A stretch of DNA of 64,000 nucleotides, from the NCBI GenBank assembly GCA_963667665.2, contig OY763927.2, forward strand, positions 1,152,001 through 1,216,000, written 5' to 3'. Position 1 is the first letter of the stretch. Every line of letters begins with the position of its first letter. The DNA comes from Nitrosopumilus sp. (GTDB lineage: Archaea > Thermoproteota > Nitrososphaeria > Nitrososphaerales > Nitrosopumilaceae). The notes under the pieces are model-generated. The model worked only from the letters and a program-made list of their open reading frames with translations, ran no database searches and was not told the origin of the DNA. Position numbers and translations under genes: made by a program. Positions 20,990 through 31,652 of the stretch are shown piece after piece.

Positions 20990-21701
20990 AAAAATTAGAA
21001 TTTTAGAAACAGAAAATAATATTGGACCATGGAACATGGCAGTAGATGAGTTTTTACTTTACAACTGTAAAGAACCTATTTTAAGAATTTATGGTTGGTC
21101 AAAGCCCTGTATTTCTATTGGTTACTTTCAAAACATAGACGAAGTTAATTACAAAAAATGTAATGAGAAAAATGTAGATGTAGTTAGAAGAATTACTGGT
21201 GGGGGAGCAGTTTTTCATGATATGGAGTTAACATATTCGTTTGTTACAAAAAATTTTCCACAAAATATATTGGAATCATATAAAGAAATCTGTGAGATAA
21301 TCATACAAGCATTAAAGAATCTTGGACTTGATGCCAAGTTTTCGCCATTAAATGATGTTACAGTTAATGAGAAGAAGGTTTGTGGAAACGCACAGACTAG
21401 AAAGAACAATACTTTACTGCAACATGGAACAATCCTTTTAGATGTAGATGTAGAAAAAATGTTTTCACTGCTTAATGTACCAATAGAAAAGATTAGTGAT
21501 AAAAAAATTTCAGATGTTAAAAATAGAGTTGCAGGTATCTCAAAAACGTTTGAACAAGTTTCTGATGCTCTAAAAAGTGCCGCAAGGGATGTTTTTGGAT
21601 GTGAACTTGATCCTATCAAACTAAACCAAGAAGAATTAAAATCATGTCAAAAGTTAATGGATAAAAAATTTTCAAGTGAAAATTGGACGTTTAGAAGATA
21701 A
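20970..21701 (+). CDS. lplA: Lipoate-protein ligase catalytic subunit (start uncertain; GTG 20970 assumed)
   Basis: NMAVDE, RRITGGGAVFHD, KKVCGNAQ and QHGTIL motifs. Confidence 0.93.
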   Translation: MIKIKFEKIRILETENNIGPWNMAVDEFLLYNCKEPILRIYGWSKPCISIGYFQNIDEVNYKKCNEKNVDVVRRITGGGAVFHDMELTYSFVTKNFPQNILESYKEICEIIIQALKNLGLDAKFSPLNDVTVNEKKVCGNAQTRKNNTLLQHGTILLDVDVEKMFSLLNVPIEKISDKKISDVKNRVAGISKTFEQVSDALKSAARDVFGCELDPIKLNQEELKSCQKLMDKKFSSENWTFRR

Positions 21702-21742
21702 TCTTGGTAAAATTTATTGCTACTTGAATTTCATCAAATCCT

Positions 21743-23047
21743 ATGTATGATGCAGTCATAATTGGTGCCGGACCTGCTGGTTATGTGTGCGCAATAAGCC
21801 TAGCAAGGCAAGGTGCAAAGGTATGTGTTGTTGAGAAAAATGGTCTAGGAGGCACATGTACCCAAAAGGGCTGCATTCCAACAAAATATCTACATTCAAT
21901 GGGTGATATTGTAAGAAAGGCAAAATCAGCCAAAAAATTTGGTATCAACAGCAACATTGAGATTGATTATTCAATTCTAAGATCAAAAATGAAATCAACT
22001 GTTTCAAAGCTTGCATTAGGAATTGATTTTCTGTTCAAAGAGCATGGAGTAGAGCTAATAGAAGGAGAAGCTATCATTAAATCACAAAATCAAGTTATAG
22101 TAAATGATAAAACATTAGAGACAAAAAATATTGTTCTTGCAACAGGAAGCAAGCCCAAAAGTTTTCCAGTAAATAATTTAGCTGAAAAAATCGTGTCAAC
22201 TGATTCAATTTTTGATCTAGAATATCTTCCAGAATCTATTTTGATTGTAGGTGGAGGATATAGTGGATGTGAGTTTGCATCAATTCTCAATGCACTAGGA
22301 TGTAAAATTTGGTTAGTTGAGATGGAGAATTCTCTTCTGCCTGGTCAACCAAAAGAGGTAGGAGTTGCCATTGAAAAATATATGAAACTAGATGGAATTT
22401 CTGTTATGACAAAATCTTCTATAAAAATAGATAACGGAAAAGTAATGATAAATGAGGATGAGATCAATCCAGAAAAAATTCTAATCAGTACAGGAAGAGA
22501 ACCTAATTTTAACACTGATGAACTAGACAAGTTAGGAATTGCTTGGAATAAGGAGGGCATTACAGTTAATGAGCGCATGCAAACCAATCTGTCAAATGTT
22601 TATGCAATAGGAGACATTACAGGAAAATATGAGCTTGCACATGTAGCATCATATCAAGGTGAGGTTGCAGCACAAAATATCTTGGGAGAAAAAAGTACAA
22701 TGGATTATTCTGTAGTACCATTCTGTGTGTTTACATATCCTGAAGTGGCAATTGTTGGAAAATGTGAGGGAAATTCGAAAGAGTTTCCTATGGTAGCTAA
22801 TGCAAAAGCAAATTGTTTAGGAGATACACGTGGATTCATCAAGGTTTTTGAGGAAAATGGGATTTTACAGGGTACAATCATAGTTGGAGCACATGCAAGT
22901 GAAATCATTGGTGAAGCTACATTGGCAATAAAATTAAAACTGAAACCAAAAGACGTGATTGAAACAATTCATGCTCATCCTACCCTTCCAGAAGCATTTG
23001 TAGATGCTCTAAGAAGTCTGGATGGAAAAAGCATCCATACCTCATAA
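21743..23047 (+). CDS. lpdA: Dihydrolipoamide dehydrogenase (GCS L protein)
   Basis: GAGPAG, GGTCTQKGCIP redox disulfide and HAHPTLPE motifs. Confidence 0.94.
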   Translation: MYDAVIIGAGPAGYVCAISLARQGAKVCVVEKNGLGGTCTQKGCIPTKYLHSMGDIVRKAKSAKKFGINSNIEIDYSILRSKMKSTVSKLALGIDFLFKEHGVELIEGEAIIKSQNQVIVNDKTLETKNIVLATGSKPKSFPVNNLAEKIVSTDSIFDLEYLPESILIVGGGYSGCEFASILNALGCKIWLVEMENSLLPGQPKEVGVAIEKYMKLDGISVMTKSSIKIDNGKVMINEDEINPEKILISTGREPNFNTDELDKLGIAWNKEGITVNERMQTNLSNVYAIGDITGKYELAHVASYQGEVAAQNILGEKSTMDYSVVPFCVFTYPEVAIVGKCEGNSKEFPMVANAKANCLGDTRGFIKVFEENGILQGTIIVGAHASEIIGEATLAIKLKLKPKDVIETIHAHPTLPEAFVDALRSLDGKSIHTS

Positions 23048-23080
23048 TATTTTATACTAGAGAGGTATCGTAGAAATTTT

Positions 23081-24007
23081 ATGACTAAAATTGGAATTGA
23101 GCTTGGAATAAGAGCTCCTATAGAAGCTATAAAGCGAGCAGCTCAGATTGCTGATGCAAATTCTGTTGAATACTTTTTTGTGCCAGAAACACATCCAGGA
23201 TTTTTTGGAGTGAATGCATTAGATGTATTATCAAATATCAGTGAGAAAGTAAAGAATGTAAAACTTGGAACAGGGATAATCAATGTATTTTCAAGAACAC
23301 AAGAAGAGATTCTTGATGCTGCAAATCACATACACACAAAGACTGGCGGAAAATTTGTTTTAGGAATGGGAACAAGTGCACCCATAATTATTGAGAATTT
23401 GTGGAAGATGGAATTTAAAAAACCACTTTCACGATTAAGGGATTACTCTAATTTTATCAAGACAAAATATTCTGGTCCAATCTATTGGGCTGCAGTTGGC
23501 AAAAAAACCACAAAACTTGCAGCTGAAAATGCAGATGGTGTAATATTTTTTTTAAAACCAAGAGATCAAATTTCAAATCATATAGATCTAATCAACTCAA
23601 CACTAAAGTCCTTGAATAAATCAGAGGATGAGTTTAATGTAATTTCAATTCTTCCTACTTTTTTTTCAGACAATAACAATCAAGCAAAAATGACCCTAGC
23701 TGGATACATTGGTGCAAATGAATTTTATGCAATTTCACTAACAAATGCTGGTTTTAAAGAAGAGGTTAAAAAAATAAAGAGTACTTATGAAAAAGGTGGA
23801 TTATTGGAGGCTATGCAAAATGTTGCAGATATACTGCTTGATGAACTAACAGTTTCAGGCTCAGTAGAACAGTGCAAAGAGAAAATTAAAAAAATTACCA
23901 AAAGCACTAAATTGAAAACCATAATTTTGGGATTTGACCTACCTGAAAACAAATACACAGATGATTTTTTTGAGAAACTTGATAAATTGCTGAAAAGCCT
24001 TCAATAG
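23081..24007 (+). CDS. LLM-class (luciferase-like) flavin/F420-dependent oxidoreductase
   Basis: PETH, KLGTGIINVFSR, FVLGMG and AAVGKKTTKLAAENADG motifs. Confidence 0.85.
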   Translation: MTKIGIELGIRAPIEAIKRAAQIADANSVEYFFVPETHPGFFGVNALDVLSNISEKVKNVKLGTGIINVFSRTQEEILDAANHIHTKTGGKFVLGMGTSAPIIIENLWKMEFKKPLSRLRDYSNFIKTKYSGPIYWAAVGKKTTKLAAENADGVIFFLKPRDQISNHIDLINSTLKSLNKSEDEFNVISILPTFFSDNNNQAKMTLAGYIGANEFYAISLTNAGFKEEVKKIKSTYEKGGLLEAMQNVADILLDELTVSGSVEQCKEKIKKITKSTKLKTIILGFDLPENKYTDDFFEKLDKLLKSLQ

Positions 24008-24008
24008 G

Positions 24009-25106
24009 ATGCCATCTGTTAACTTATCAAACATAGTATTTACCAAGGCAAAATTTCGTTATTCAATTTCTGAGATAGTGGATGATTTTCTCAAGAAAAA
24101 GCTAGACAAGGAAGTTAGAGAATATGCAAAAAATGAGCTTGGAATAGACTATATCTACAAATCATATGATTTTTCAAAAATTGATTTTGACAAGGGGAAT
24201 TTTGTTGAGTCAGATGTTAGCCTAAATGACATGTATTATCAAACAGCAAAAAAGTCTCTACGTGGAGTCAATCCTAAAAAAATTGGATTATTCATTACAA
24301 TTAATGACAATCAGCAGTATCTTGATCCTTCACCAACAGTTGAACTAATTCCCAAGCTTTCATTTAGAAAAGATATCAGAGCACAAAACTTCCAGGGATT
24401 GGCATGTTCCTCATTTTCAGAATCGCTGCTAAATTCTGCAGGATATTTTCTCATGAATGGGAAAGAAGATGCATTTGTACTAATTGGGACACATTATACT
24501 CCATGGTTCTTAGATAGAATAAAGCAAATTAAACACATCACAAAAAAAGATAAAACAAATTTTTATAATTTAATTTATTTTTTGATTTTTAGTGATGCTG
24601 TTGCATCTACCATATTATCACAAAAAAAGACAAAAAATACGCAAATTCAGATTGATTCAAAATCAATTCTCACTCTAAAGGATACAAAAAATACTGAGAA
24701 AAATGCCACAATCAAAATGTCTCCAGACAAAAAACACAGAATAGTTTTTGATATGAAATTAAAGCCAAAAAAGCTTAGAGAAGAGGTAGCAAATCTTTCA
24801 GTAGAAAATCTCAAACTATTGCGCAAAAAGATGCCGTCTGAATTTAAAAGAATTAAGATCTGGGGATTACACACTGCGGGAGGTAGATTCGTAGATTATG
24901 TTTCAGAAAAATGTCAAATTGATAAAACAAAGATTGGACTCAGTTATGATTTAATGAAAAAGACAGGCAATACAGGTGCGGTAAGCTCACTACAATTCAT
25001 CTACGAATGCATAAATAAAAAAGATCTCTCCAAAAACAACTTGGGTTGTTTTATTGATTATGGTTGGGAAGGAGTTAACCTATTCATATTTAGAAAAGTA
25101 AATTGA
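24009..25106 (+). CDS. Thiolase-fold condensing enzyme, type III PKS / KAS III-like
   Basis: Cys-His-Asn triad in the expected order: QGLACSS, WGLHTAGG, TGNTGAVS; also IFSDA and GWEG. Confidence 0.8.
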   Translation: MPSVNLSNIVFTKAKFRYSISEIVDDFLKKKLDKEVREYAKNELGIDYIYKSYDFSKIDFDKGNFVESDVSLNDMYYQTAKKSLRGVNPKKIGLFITINDNQQYLDPSPTVELIPKLSFRKDIRAQNFQGLACSSFSESLLNSAGYFLMNGKEDAFVLIGTHYTPWFLDRIKQIKHITKKDKTNFYNLIYFLIFSDAVASTILSQKKTKNTQIQIDSKSILTLKDTKNTEKNATIKMSPDKKHRIVFDMKLKPKKLREEVANLSVENLKLLRKKMPSEFKRIKIWGLHTAGGRFVDYVSEKCQIDKTKIGLSYDLMKKTGNTGAVSSLQFIYECINKKDLSKNNLGCFIDYGWEGVNLFIFRKVN

Positions 25107-25122
25107 AAAAAAGTAAAGTTAT

Positions 25123-25410
25123 CTAGCCAAATAGAGAAGACAATCCTTCCATGGCTGCTTCTTCATTTTTAGGTTCTTCTTTCTTTTCTTCACCACCAGC
25201 TGCTGCATCTGGTGCGGCTGCTGCTGTAACTGCTACAGGTGCGGCTTTAACTGCCTCATCGATATTTACATCAGCCAAGGCTGCAACTAGGGATTTTACT
25301 TGAGCTTCATTAACTTCAGTACCAGATGCTTTAACAACTGAACTGATGTTTGTCTCATTGACGTCCTTTTTTAGCTTGTGAAGAAGTAAAGCAGCGTAAA
25401 CATATTCCAT
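25123..25410 (-). CDS. rpl12: 50S ribosomal protein P1/aL12
   Basis: [11 protein letters not shown] start and EGLSSLFG end. Confidence 0.97.
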   Translation of the reverse strand: MEYVYAALLLHKLKKDVNETNISSVVKASGTEVNEAQVKSLVAALADVNIDEAVKAAPVAVTAAAAPDAAAGGEEKKEEPKNEEAAMEGLSSLFG

Positions 25411-25475
25411 TGTATCGAGATTTTCTTAGAGCATAATATAAAACTATGGAGAAATCATGGCTAAAATTTGAAAAG

Positions 25476-25985
25476 TTAGTTCAAGATTCTAAGACTTCGA
25501 CAAACAGAATAAAGTGTTCTTCTCAGGTTTTTATCAATTAAAGACTCCATTCTGTTTTTCAAAACCCGTTTTGCTTCATCTCTTTCAGAACCAAGAGGTA
25601 AGGATAATACTTTATTTAGAAATTCTGATAGAGATTCTCTAATCCAACCATCCAGCATTGCATACACTTGTGGAGGAATAATATCGCATTTGTCTTCATT
25701 AAGATTAACTATATCTGCATAATTTTCATATTCAATTCTATACACTAAAGCCAAAACAACATTATCAGGTGTAGGATGCTCTAATATTTCTCGTGAACGT
25801 TCTCCTGTTTTTCCTTGTTCCACCTTATTTTTTAGGCCAACAGGATTGACTATTACACCATTGACTCCTACTTTTTTGCCATCAATACCTGTAATTACTC
25901 CAAAGATAAAGTCAAAAAAATCACCATTTTTTTTAGTAGCAAAAACATGAGCCCCTTCTTTTAGGGTAAGTTTTTTTCCAAACAT
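25476..25985 (-). CDS. Hypothetical protein
   Basis: 169-aa ORF with host-like codon usage; no motif recognised. Confidence 0.75.
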   Translation of the reverse strand: MFGKKLTLKEGAHVFATKKNGDFFDFIFGVITGIDGKKVGVNGVIVNPVGLKNKVEQGKTGERSREILEHPTPDNVVLALVYRIEYENYADIVNLNEDKCDIIPPQVYAMLDGWIRESLSEFLNKVLSLPLGSERDEAKRVLKNRMESLIDKNLRRTLYSVCRSLRILN

Positions 25986-26063
25986 GAATCAACTGCATTA
26001 TGTAGTGTATTTAATTTATTATTAATCGACAATTCTTAATAATGGATTGGAGCATGCTCAACG

Positions 26064-28733
26064 TTGGATAAAAAAGAGATTCTAAAGGAATTTTCATCAG
26101 ATTCTGACAGATACTACAAAGTCAAGTTGTTTGATGAGCAAGGTTTTGTCAGAAAGGCTTGCTCAAAGTGTGGTAGGTTCTTTTGGACTTTGGATTCTGG
26201 AAGAAATTTTTGTCCTGATGATGCAGATGATACGTATTCGTTCATTGGAGAACCTCCAACAACTAAGAGATTTGATTATACACAAGCATGGAAACAAGTT
26301 GAAGAATTTTTTGTAAAAAATGGTCATACTTCAGTTAGTAGATACCCAGTAGTGTGTAGATGGCGTGATGACTTGTACTTTACAATTGCATCAATTGTTG
26401 ATTTTCAAAGAGTAATGGGTTCAAAAGTAGTTTTTGAGTTTCCTGCAAATCCATTAGTAGTTCCACAAACTTGTTTGCGTTTCAAAGATTTAGAAAATGT
26501 TGGAGTAACAGGTAGACACTTTTCTAGTTTTTGTATGATAGGACAACATAGTATTCCAAATGCAGATGGGTATTGGAAAGACCAATGTGTTGATTTAGAC
26601 TTTAGATTACTAACTGAGCAATTTGGGATAAAGAAAGAAGAAGTTGTTTTTGTAGAAGATGTGTGGGCTGGTGGCGGTTCATTTGGTTCATCATTAGAAT
26701 ATTTTGTGAGAGGGTTGGAACTTGGGAATGCAGTATTTACTGAATTTCAGGGAGAATTAGAAAAGCACACTACGCTAGACCAAAAAATTATAGACATGGG
26801 TGCAGGTCTTGAGAGATTTGCATGGATTACGATGGGAACTCCTACTGCATATGACTGCTGTTTTGGTCCAATAACGAATTATCTCTTTGAGAAAATAGGA
26901 ATTGATTCAGATTCTGAAATGTTAAGAAAATACTTTACAGCAATTGCAAAGAATCTTGAGATATATGATGACTTGATTGATGTAAGAAAACATGCAGTAA
27001 AGAGTGTAGGATTAAGTGAGGACCAAGTAAATAGAATTATCACACCGCTTGAAGGAATGTATCTTATTGCAGATCATCTTCGTACTTTGATCTTTGCAAT
27101 AGCTGATGGTGCTCTACCAAGTAATGTTGGAGGTGGATATAATCTAAGAATGATGATACGAAGAATTAGCGGAACAATTGATAGAATGAATCTCAAGCTA
27201 GACATTGATGAATTAGTGGATATGCATATTGACTATCTCAAAGATACTTACCCAGAACTAGATGAGAAAAGACAAGACGTCAAGACCATCCTAAAAATAG
27301 AATCTCAGAGATATGTTGAATCCAAAGTCCATATGAAGAAGAAAGCTGATAAAATTCGTGAAAAAGGAACACCATCAGTTGGTGAACTAATTACTTTGTA
27401 CGAATCAGATGGAATTACACCTGAATATCTCAAAGAGATAGATGTAATTTCAGAGATTCCCTCATCATTTTATGAAAAATTATCAGATTTGCATCAGTCA
27501 GACAAGAAAAAGACTGCAGAGCAACTATCCATTGAAGACTTGCCTGAAACTGAGATGTTATTTTACAAAGATGATCCTATATCATTTGATGCCAAAGTTC
27601 TCAGAGTAATTGATGATTTGGTAGTACTTGATAGAACCTCATTTTATGCAAGAGGTGGAGGACAAGAACCAGATTATGGCAGTATATCAGGCTCAAAAGT
27701 AGTTGATGTGAACAAACATGGCGGTATAATTTTGCACAAGCTTGATGGTAAAATTCCAAAAGAAGGAGAAACAGTATCATGTATAGTTGATGAAACTCGT
27801 AGATCAAACATTACAAAAAACCATACCAGCACACACATTCTAAATTCATCAGCTAGAGGAGTTTTGGGTTCATGGGTTTGGCAGCATTCTGCATTCAAAG
27901 ATGATGATCATGCCAGACTAGACATTACACATCATTCATCACTAACTGAACAACAAGTACAAGATATAGAGAGATCTGCAAATGAGGTTGTTGCAAAAGA
28001 CATGTCAGTTACAATTGATTACTATGATAGAGGAGCAGCTGAGCAAAAATATGGATTTAAAATATACCAGGGAGGTGTAGTTCCAGTAAAGTCAGTTAGA
28101 ATTGTATCAATTGAGGACTTTGATGTTGAAGCTTGTGGTGGAACACATGTCAAAAAGACAAAAGATATTGAATTAATCAAAATTACAAGAACTAAACGAA
28201 TTCAAGATGGAGTAGTAAGAATAGAGTTTGTCTCAGGACCAACTGCACAAAAATATGTTGAACAACAAAAAGTAAAACAATCAGAACAAGCTGAAGAATC
28301 AGCTCAAAAAGAAATGATAGAAAAACAAAGAGAAGAGCGAAAACAAAAAGATATAGAAAAGATGCGAGTATTATTTAAAGAAATCTCAGAAGGAAAATCA
28401 GGTATTATTGAAGAAATAGAAATGAAAGATAAATGTCGTTTTACATCTAGTAAAAAATATAATGAATTTTTCCATCAAAAATTTGGCGGAGATTTAGTAA
28501 AAATGGATAAAAAAATAGCCTATTGTGGAGTTTATGAAGCAGATAACGCGGTATGGATAATTGTATTTTGTGGAGAACAATCAGGGAAAAATGCAGAAGA
28601 AATTGTTCGTAAAGTCGCAAAAATCTTAGATGGGAAGGGTGGTGGAACTGCCAAATTTGCTAAAGGTGCTGGAAAAGACACATCTAAAAAAGACGAGGCA
28701 ATTAAAAAAGCAAAATCAATGATTTTAGGATGA
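26064..28733 (+). CDS. alaS: Alanine--tRNA ligase
   Basis: RWRDDLYFTIASI, IDMGAGLER, editing HTSTH...CGGTH, C-Ala GKGGG. Confidence 0.97.
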   Translation: MDKKEILKEFSSDSDRYYKVKLFDEQGFVRKACSKCGRFFWTLDSGRNFCPDDADDTYSFIGEPPTTKRFDYTQAWKQVEEFFVKNGHTSVSRYPVVCRWRDDLYFTIASIVDFQRVMGSKVVFEFPANPLVVPQTCLRFKDLENVGVTGRHFSSFCMIGQHSIPNADGYWKDQCVDLDFRLLTEQFGIKKEEVVFVEDVWAGGGSFGSSLEYFVRGLELGNAVFTEFQGELEKHTTLDQKIIDMGAGLERFAWITMGTPTAYDCCFGPITNYLFEKIGIDSDSEMLRKYFTAIAKNLEIYDDLIDVRKHAVKSVGLSEDQVNRIITPLEGMYLIADHLRTLIFAIADGALPSNVGGGYNLRMMIRRISGTIDRMNLKLDIDELVDMHIDYLKDTYPELDEKRQDVKTILKIESQRYVESKVHMKKKADKIREKGTPSVGELITLYESDGITPEYLKEIDVISEIPSSFYEKLSDLHQSDKKKTAEQLSIEDLPETEMLFYKDDPISFDAKVLRVIDDLVVLDRTSFYARGGGQEPDYGSISGSKVVDVNKHGGIILHKLDGKIPKEGETVSCIVDETRRSNITKNHTSTHILNSSARGVLGSWVWQHSAFKDDDHARLDITHHSSLTEQQVQDIERSANEVVAKDMSVTIDYYDRGAAEQKYGFKIYQGGVVPVKSVRIVSIEDFDVEACGGTHVKKTKDIELIKITRTKRIQDGVVRIEFVSGPTAQKYVEQQKVKQSEQAEESAQKEMIEKQREERKQKDIEKMRVLFKEISEGKSGIIEEIEMKDKCRFTSSKKYNEFFHQKFGGDLVKMDKKIAYCGVYEADNAVWIIVFCGEQSGKNAEEIVRKVAKILDGKGGGTAKFAKGAGKDTSKKDEAIKKAKSMILG

Positions 28734-28737
28734 TATT

Positions 28738-31599
28738 ATGGAAATTAACTGGAATGAATTAGAATCAAAGTGGAGAGAGAGATGGAATGAAACTCGAGAC
28801 TTTGAGACAAATCCAAATGATAAACCAAAAAAATTCATTACAGTAGCATATCCATATCCTAACTCACCTCAACACATTGGACATGGAAGAACTTACACCA
28901 TAGCTGACATTCATGCAAGATTTTATCGAATGAAAGGATACAATGTCTTGTTTCCAATGGGTTTCCATTATACTGGAACACCAATACTCGGCATGGCAAG
29001 AAGAGTAGAATCTAATGATAAGGAGATAATGGATGGTCTTCGTAACATCTATCATGTTCCAGAAGAAGACATCAAAACATTTGTTGAACCAATAAAGATT
29101 GCAGACTATTTCCATGAAGAGATTAAATCTGGAATGATAGAGATGGGTTATTCCATTGATTGGAGAAGAGAGTTCACTACAATAGTTCCAGCGTACCAGA
29201 AATTCATTGAATGGCAGATTAATATTTTGAAAGAGAAGAACTTGATCATCCAAGGGAATCATCCTGTTGGATGGTGTCCACGTGATCAGAATCCAGTATC
29301 ACAACACGATACAATGGGTGATGTAGAGCCAGACTTTACTGAATACATCTTGATTAAATTCAAGTTTGATGATTATATCATACCAACTGCAACACTACGT
29401 CCTGAAACAATTTTTGGTGTGACAAATCTTTGGGTTAATCCTGGAATAATGTATAAAAAAATTACGGTTAATGGTAAGAAATGGATTGTATCTAAAGAAT
29501 GTGCACGCAAGTTAGAATTTTTGGATAAAGAGATTACTTATGATGGTGAGATATCTGGTTCTGATTTGGTTGGAAAAAATGTCACCATTCCACATCTCAA
29601 TAAATCAATTCCAATGATTCAGGCTAGCTTTGTTGAATCAGCCACTGGGACTGGTCTTGTAATGTCAGTGCCAGCTCACGCTCCATTTGACCATCAAGCT
29701 CTAGTTGATTTTAAGAAAGATCAGCCTCTAGGCTCAGAATATCAGCTAATCAAGCCTATTTCAATCATATCTACAGAAGGATATGGAGATTTTTCAGCAA
29801 AAGAGACTTGTGAGAAATTTGAGATAAAGAATCAAGATGATCCAAAGCTGGAAGAAGCTACAGACGAGATTTATGGAAAAGAGTTCTACAGTGGAGTTCT
29901 CAAAGAAAATTGTGAGCAGTTTGCCGGCAAAAAAGTATCTGAAGCTAAAGATACAATCAAAGAATGGTTAGAGGAGAAAAAGTATTCAGATATTTTATTA
30001 GAATTAACAAACGCTCCTGTAAAGTGTCGTTGTGGAACTGAGTGTGTTGTTAAAGTTTTGACAAATCAATGGTTTCTTAATTACGGTGATAAAGACTGGA
30101 AAGATAAAGCTACAAAGTGTTTTGATACAATGGGAATATTACCAAATGAGATAGTTAGTGAGTTTCATTATGTAGTTGGATGGTTACGAGAACGAGCTTG
30201 TGCAAGACAACATGGTTTGGGTACCAAATTACCATGGGATAAAGACTGGATTGTTGAAAGTTTGTCTGATTCTGTAATTTACATGTCATACTATACAATT
30301 GCTAGATTTGTCAATGATGGAACCATTAAAGCTGAGAATTTGTCAAAAGAATTTTTTGATTATGTCTTTTTAGGTGAAGGTTCAGCTGATAAAGTATCTG
30401 GAATTCCAACTGGAACAGTAGAAGAGATAAGAAAAGAGTTTGTATACTTTTATCCAGTTGATTCAAGACATTCAGGTCGAGATTTAGTTCCAAATCACTT
30501 GACATTTTTTGTTTTTAATCACGTAGCTATATTTCCTGAAAATAATTGGCCGCAACAAATTGTTGTTAATGGTTCTGTACTAATGGATGGTAAAAAAATG
30601 TCAAAGAGTATGGGAAATATCATTCCATTACGACAAGCCATACAAGATTATGGTGCTGATCCAATCAGATTGGCAATTATCATATCAGCTGAGCTACTAC
30701 AAGACGCTGACTTTAATTTAGAATCAGTAGGCGGAATCAAAAACAAGCTAGAATCAATTCTTGAGGAATGCCACAAGCTGAAATCTGGTCAAATTAGCAA
30801 TTCTGAGGCTGAAGACAGGTGGATTACAAGTAGATTGCAGAATCTTATTGCAAATGTTACTGGCTCTGTAGAGAAAATGAGGCTACGTGAAGCACTCCAT
30901 GAGATATTATTTGCATTTGAAGGGGATCTACAGTGGTATCTCAAGCGTGCAAAGGCCAAAGGTCGAGATAATTATGATGGAATCTTACACCAAATTCATA
31001 GTACTAGAATAGCAATGCTTTCACCATTTGCACCCCATATAGCTGAAGAGATGTGGCAGAATCTTGGCAATTCTGAAATGGTTTCAAAATCTAGCTGGCC
31101 TACAGTAGATACAAGAGTAATTGATGCTAAAGCTATCCAAGCTGAAGACTTGTTAAAGTCAATCATTAATGATATTGCAAATATTCTCAAAGTTACAAAA
31201 ATTACTCCAAAGAAGATTACAATTTACACAGCTGATTCATTCAAGTCAAAAGCTTATCATACAATTTTAGAAAAAGTGATGGAAGAGCAAACTAACATGG
31301 GAGTAATAATGAAAGAATTAATTGCAAATCCGGAAACAGTTGACATTAAGAAAAATCCGGACTTTGTTCAAAAGACAATCAAGGATATTTTATCAGAACC
31401 AACTGAAATTAGAAAGACCAAGCTAGAAACTATAGATTTTGATGAGAAAAAGTTTGTTTCAGAAGAATTGGTTTCAATTGCAAAGCAAGACTTTGGTGTT
31501 GATGTGTCTGTATTTGCAGAAGATGATGCAAACATCTACGATCCAAAAGGAAAAGCTAGACATGCAAGACCATTCAAGCCAGCAATCCTAATTGAATAA
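28738..31599 (+). CDS. leuS: Leucine--tRNA ligase (archaeal type)
   Basis: HIGH and KMSKS motifs; CP1 GTGLVMSVPAH; IVESLSDS. Confidence 0.97.
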   Translation: MEINWNELESKWRERWNETRDFETNPNDKPKKFITVAYPYPNSPQHIGHGRTYTIADIHARFYRMKGYNVLFPMGFHYTGTPILGMARRVESNDKEIMDGLRNIYHVPEEDIKTFVEPIKIADYFHEEIKSGMIEMGYSIDWRREFTTIVPAYQKFIEWQINILKEKNLIIQGNHPVGWCPRDQNPVSQHDTMGDVEPDFTEYILIKFKFDDYIIPTATLRPETIFGVTNLWVNPGIMYKKITVNGKKWIVSKECARKLEFLDKEITYDGEISGSDLVGKNVTIPHLNKSIPMIQASFVESATGTGLVMSVPAHAPFDHQALVDFKKDQPLGSEYQLIKPISIISTEGYGDFSAKETCEKFEIKNQDDPKLEEATDEIYGKEFYSGVLKENCEQFAGKKVSEAKDTIKEWLEEKKYSDILLELTNAPVKCRCGTECVVKVLTNQWFLNYGDKDWKDKATKCFDTMGILPNEIVSEFHYVVGWLRERACARQHGLGTKLPWDKDWIVESLSDSVIYMSYYTIARFVNDGTIKAENLSKEFFDYVFLGEGSADKVSGIPTGTVEEIRKEFVYFYPVDSRHSGRDLVPNHLTFFVFNHVAIFPENNWPQQIVVNGSVLMDGKKMSKSMGNIIPLRQAIQDYGADPIRLAIIISAELLQDADFNLESVGGIKNKLESILEECHKLKSGQISNSEAEDRWITSRLQNLIANVTGSVEKMRLREALHEILFAFEGDLQWYLKRAKAKGRDNYDGILHQIHSTRIAMLSPFAPHIAEEMWQNLGNSEMVSKSSWPTVDTRVIDAKAIQAEDLLKSIINDIANILKVTKITPKKITIYTADSFKSKAYHTILEKVMEEQTNMGVIMKELIANPETVDIKKNPDFVQKTIKDILSEPTEIRKTKLETIDFDEKKFVSEELVSIAKQDFGVDVSVFAEDDANIYDPKGKARHARPFKPAILIE

Positions 31600-31652
31600 A
31601 AAAACCGCACAGGTATGCAATAAACATGAGGGGAATATGGCATATGTACGGT
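31598..31652 (-). ncRNA. Candidate structured small RNA or terminator hairpin with U-tail
   Basis: Minus strand ACCGUACAUAUGC pairs with GCAUA(CC)UGUGCGGU (13 bp with one G-U and a 2-nt bulge), followed by a U-run. Confidence 0.4.

Noticed and set aside
15613-25122. AAGTTAT at both edges of the GCS block as a possible direct repeat
   Set aside because: A 7-bp AT-rich match is expected by chance, and the left copy overlaps the lipA stop codon.
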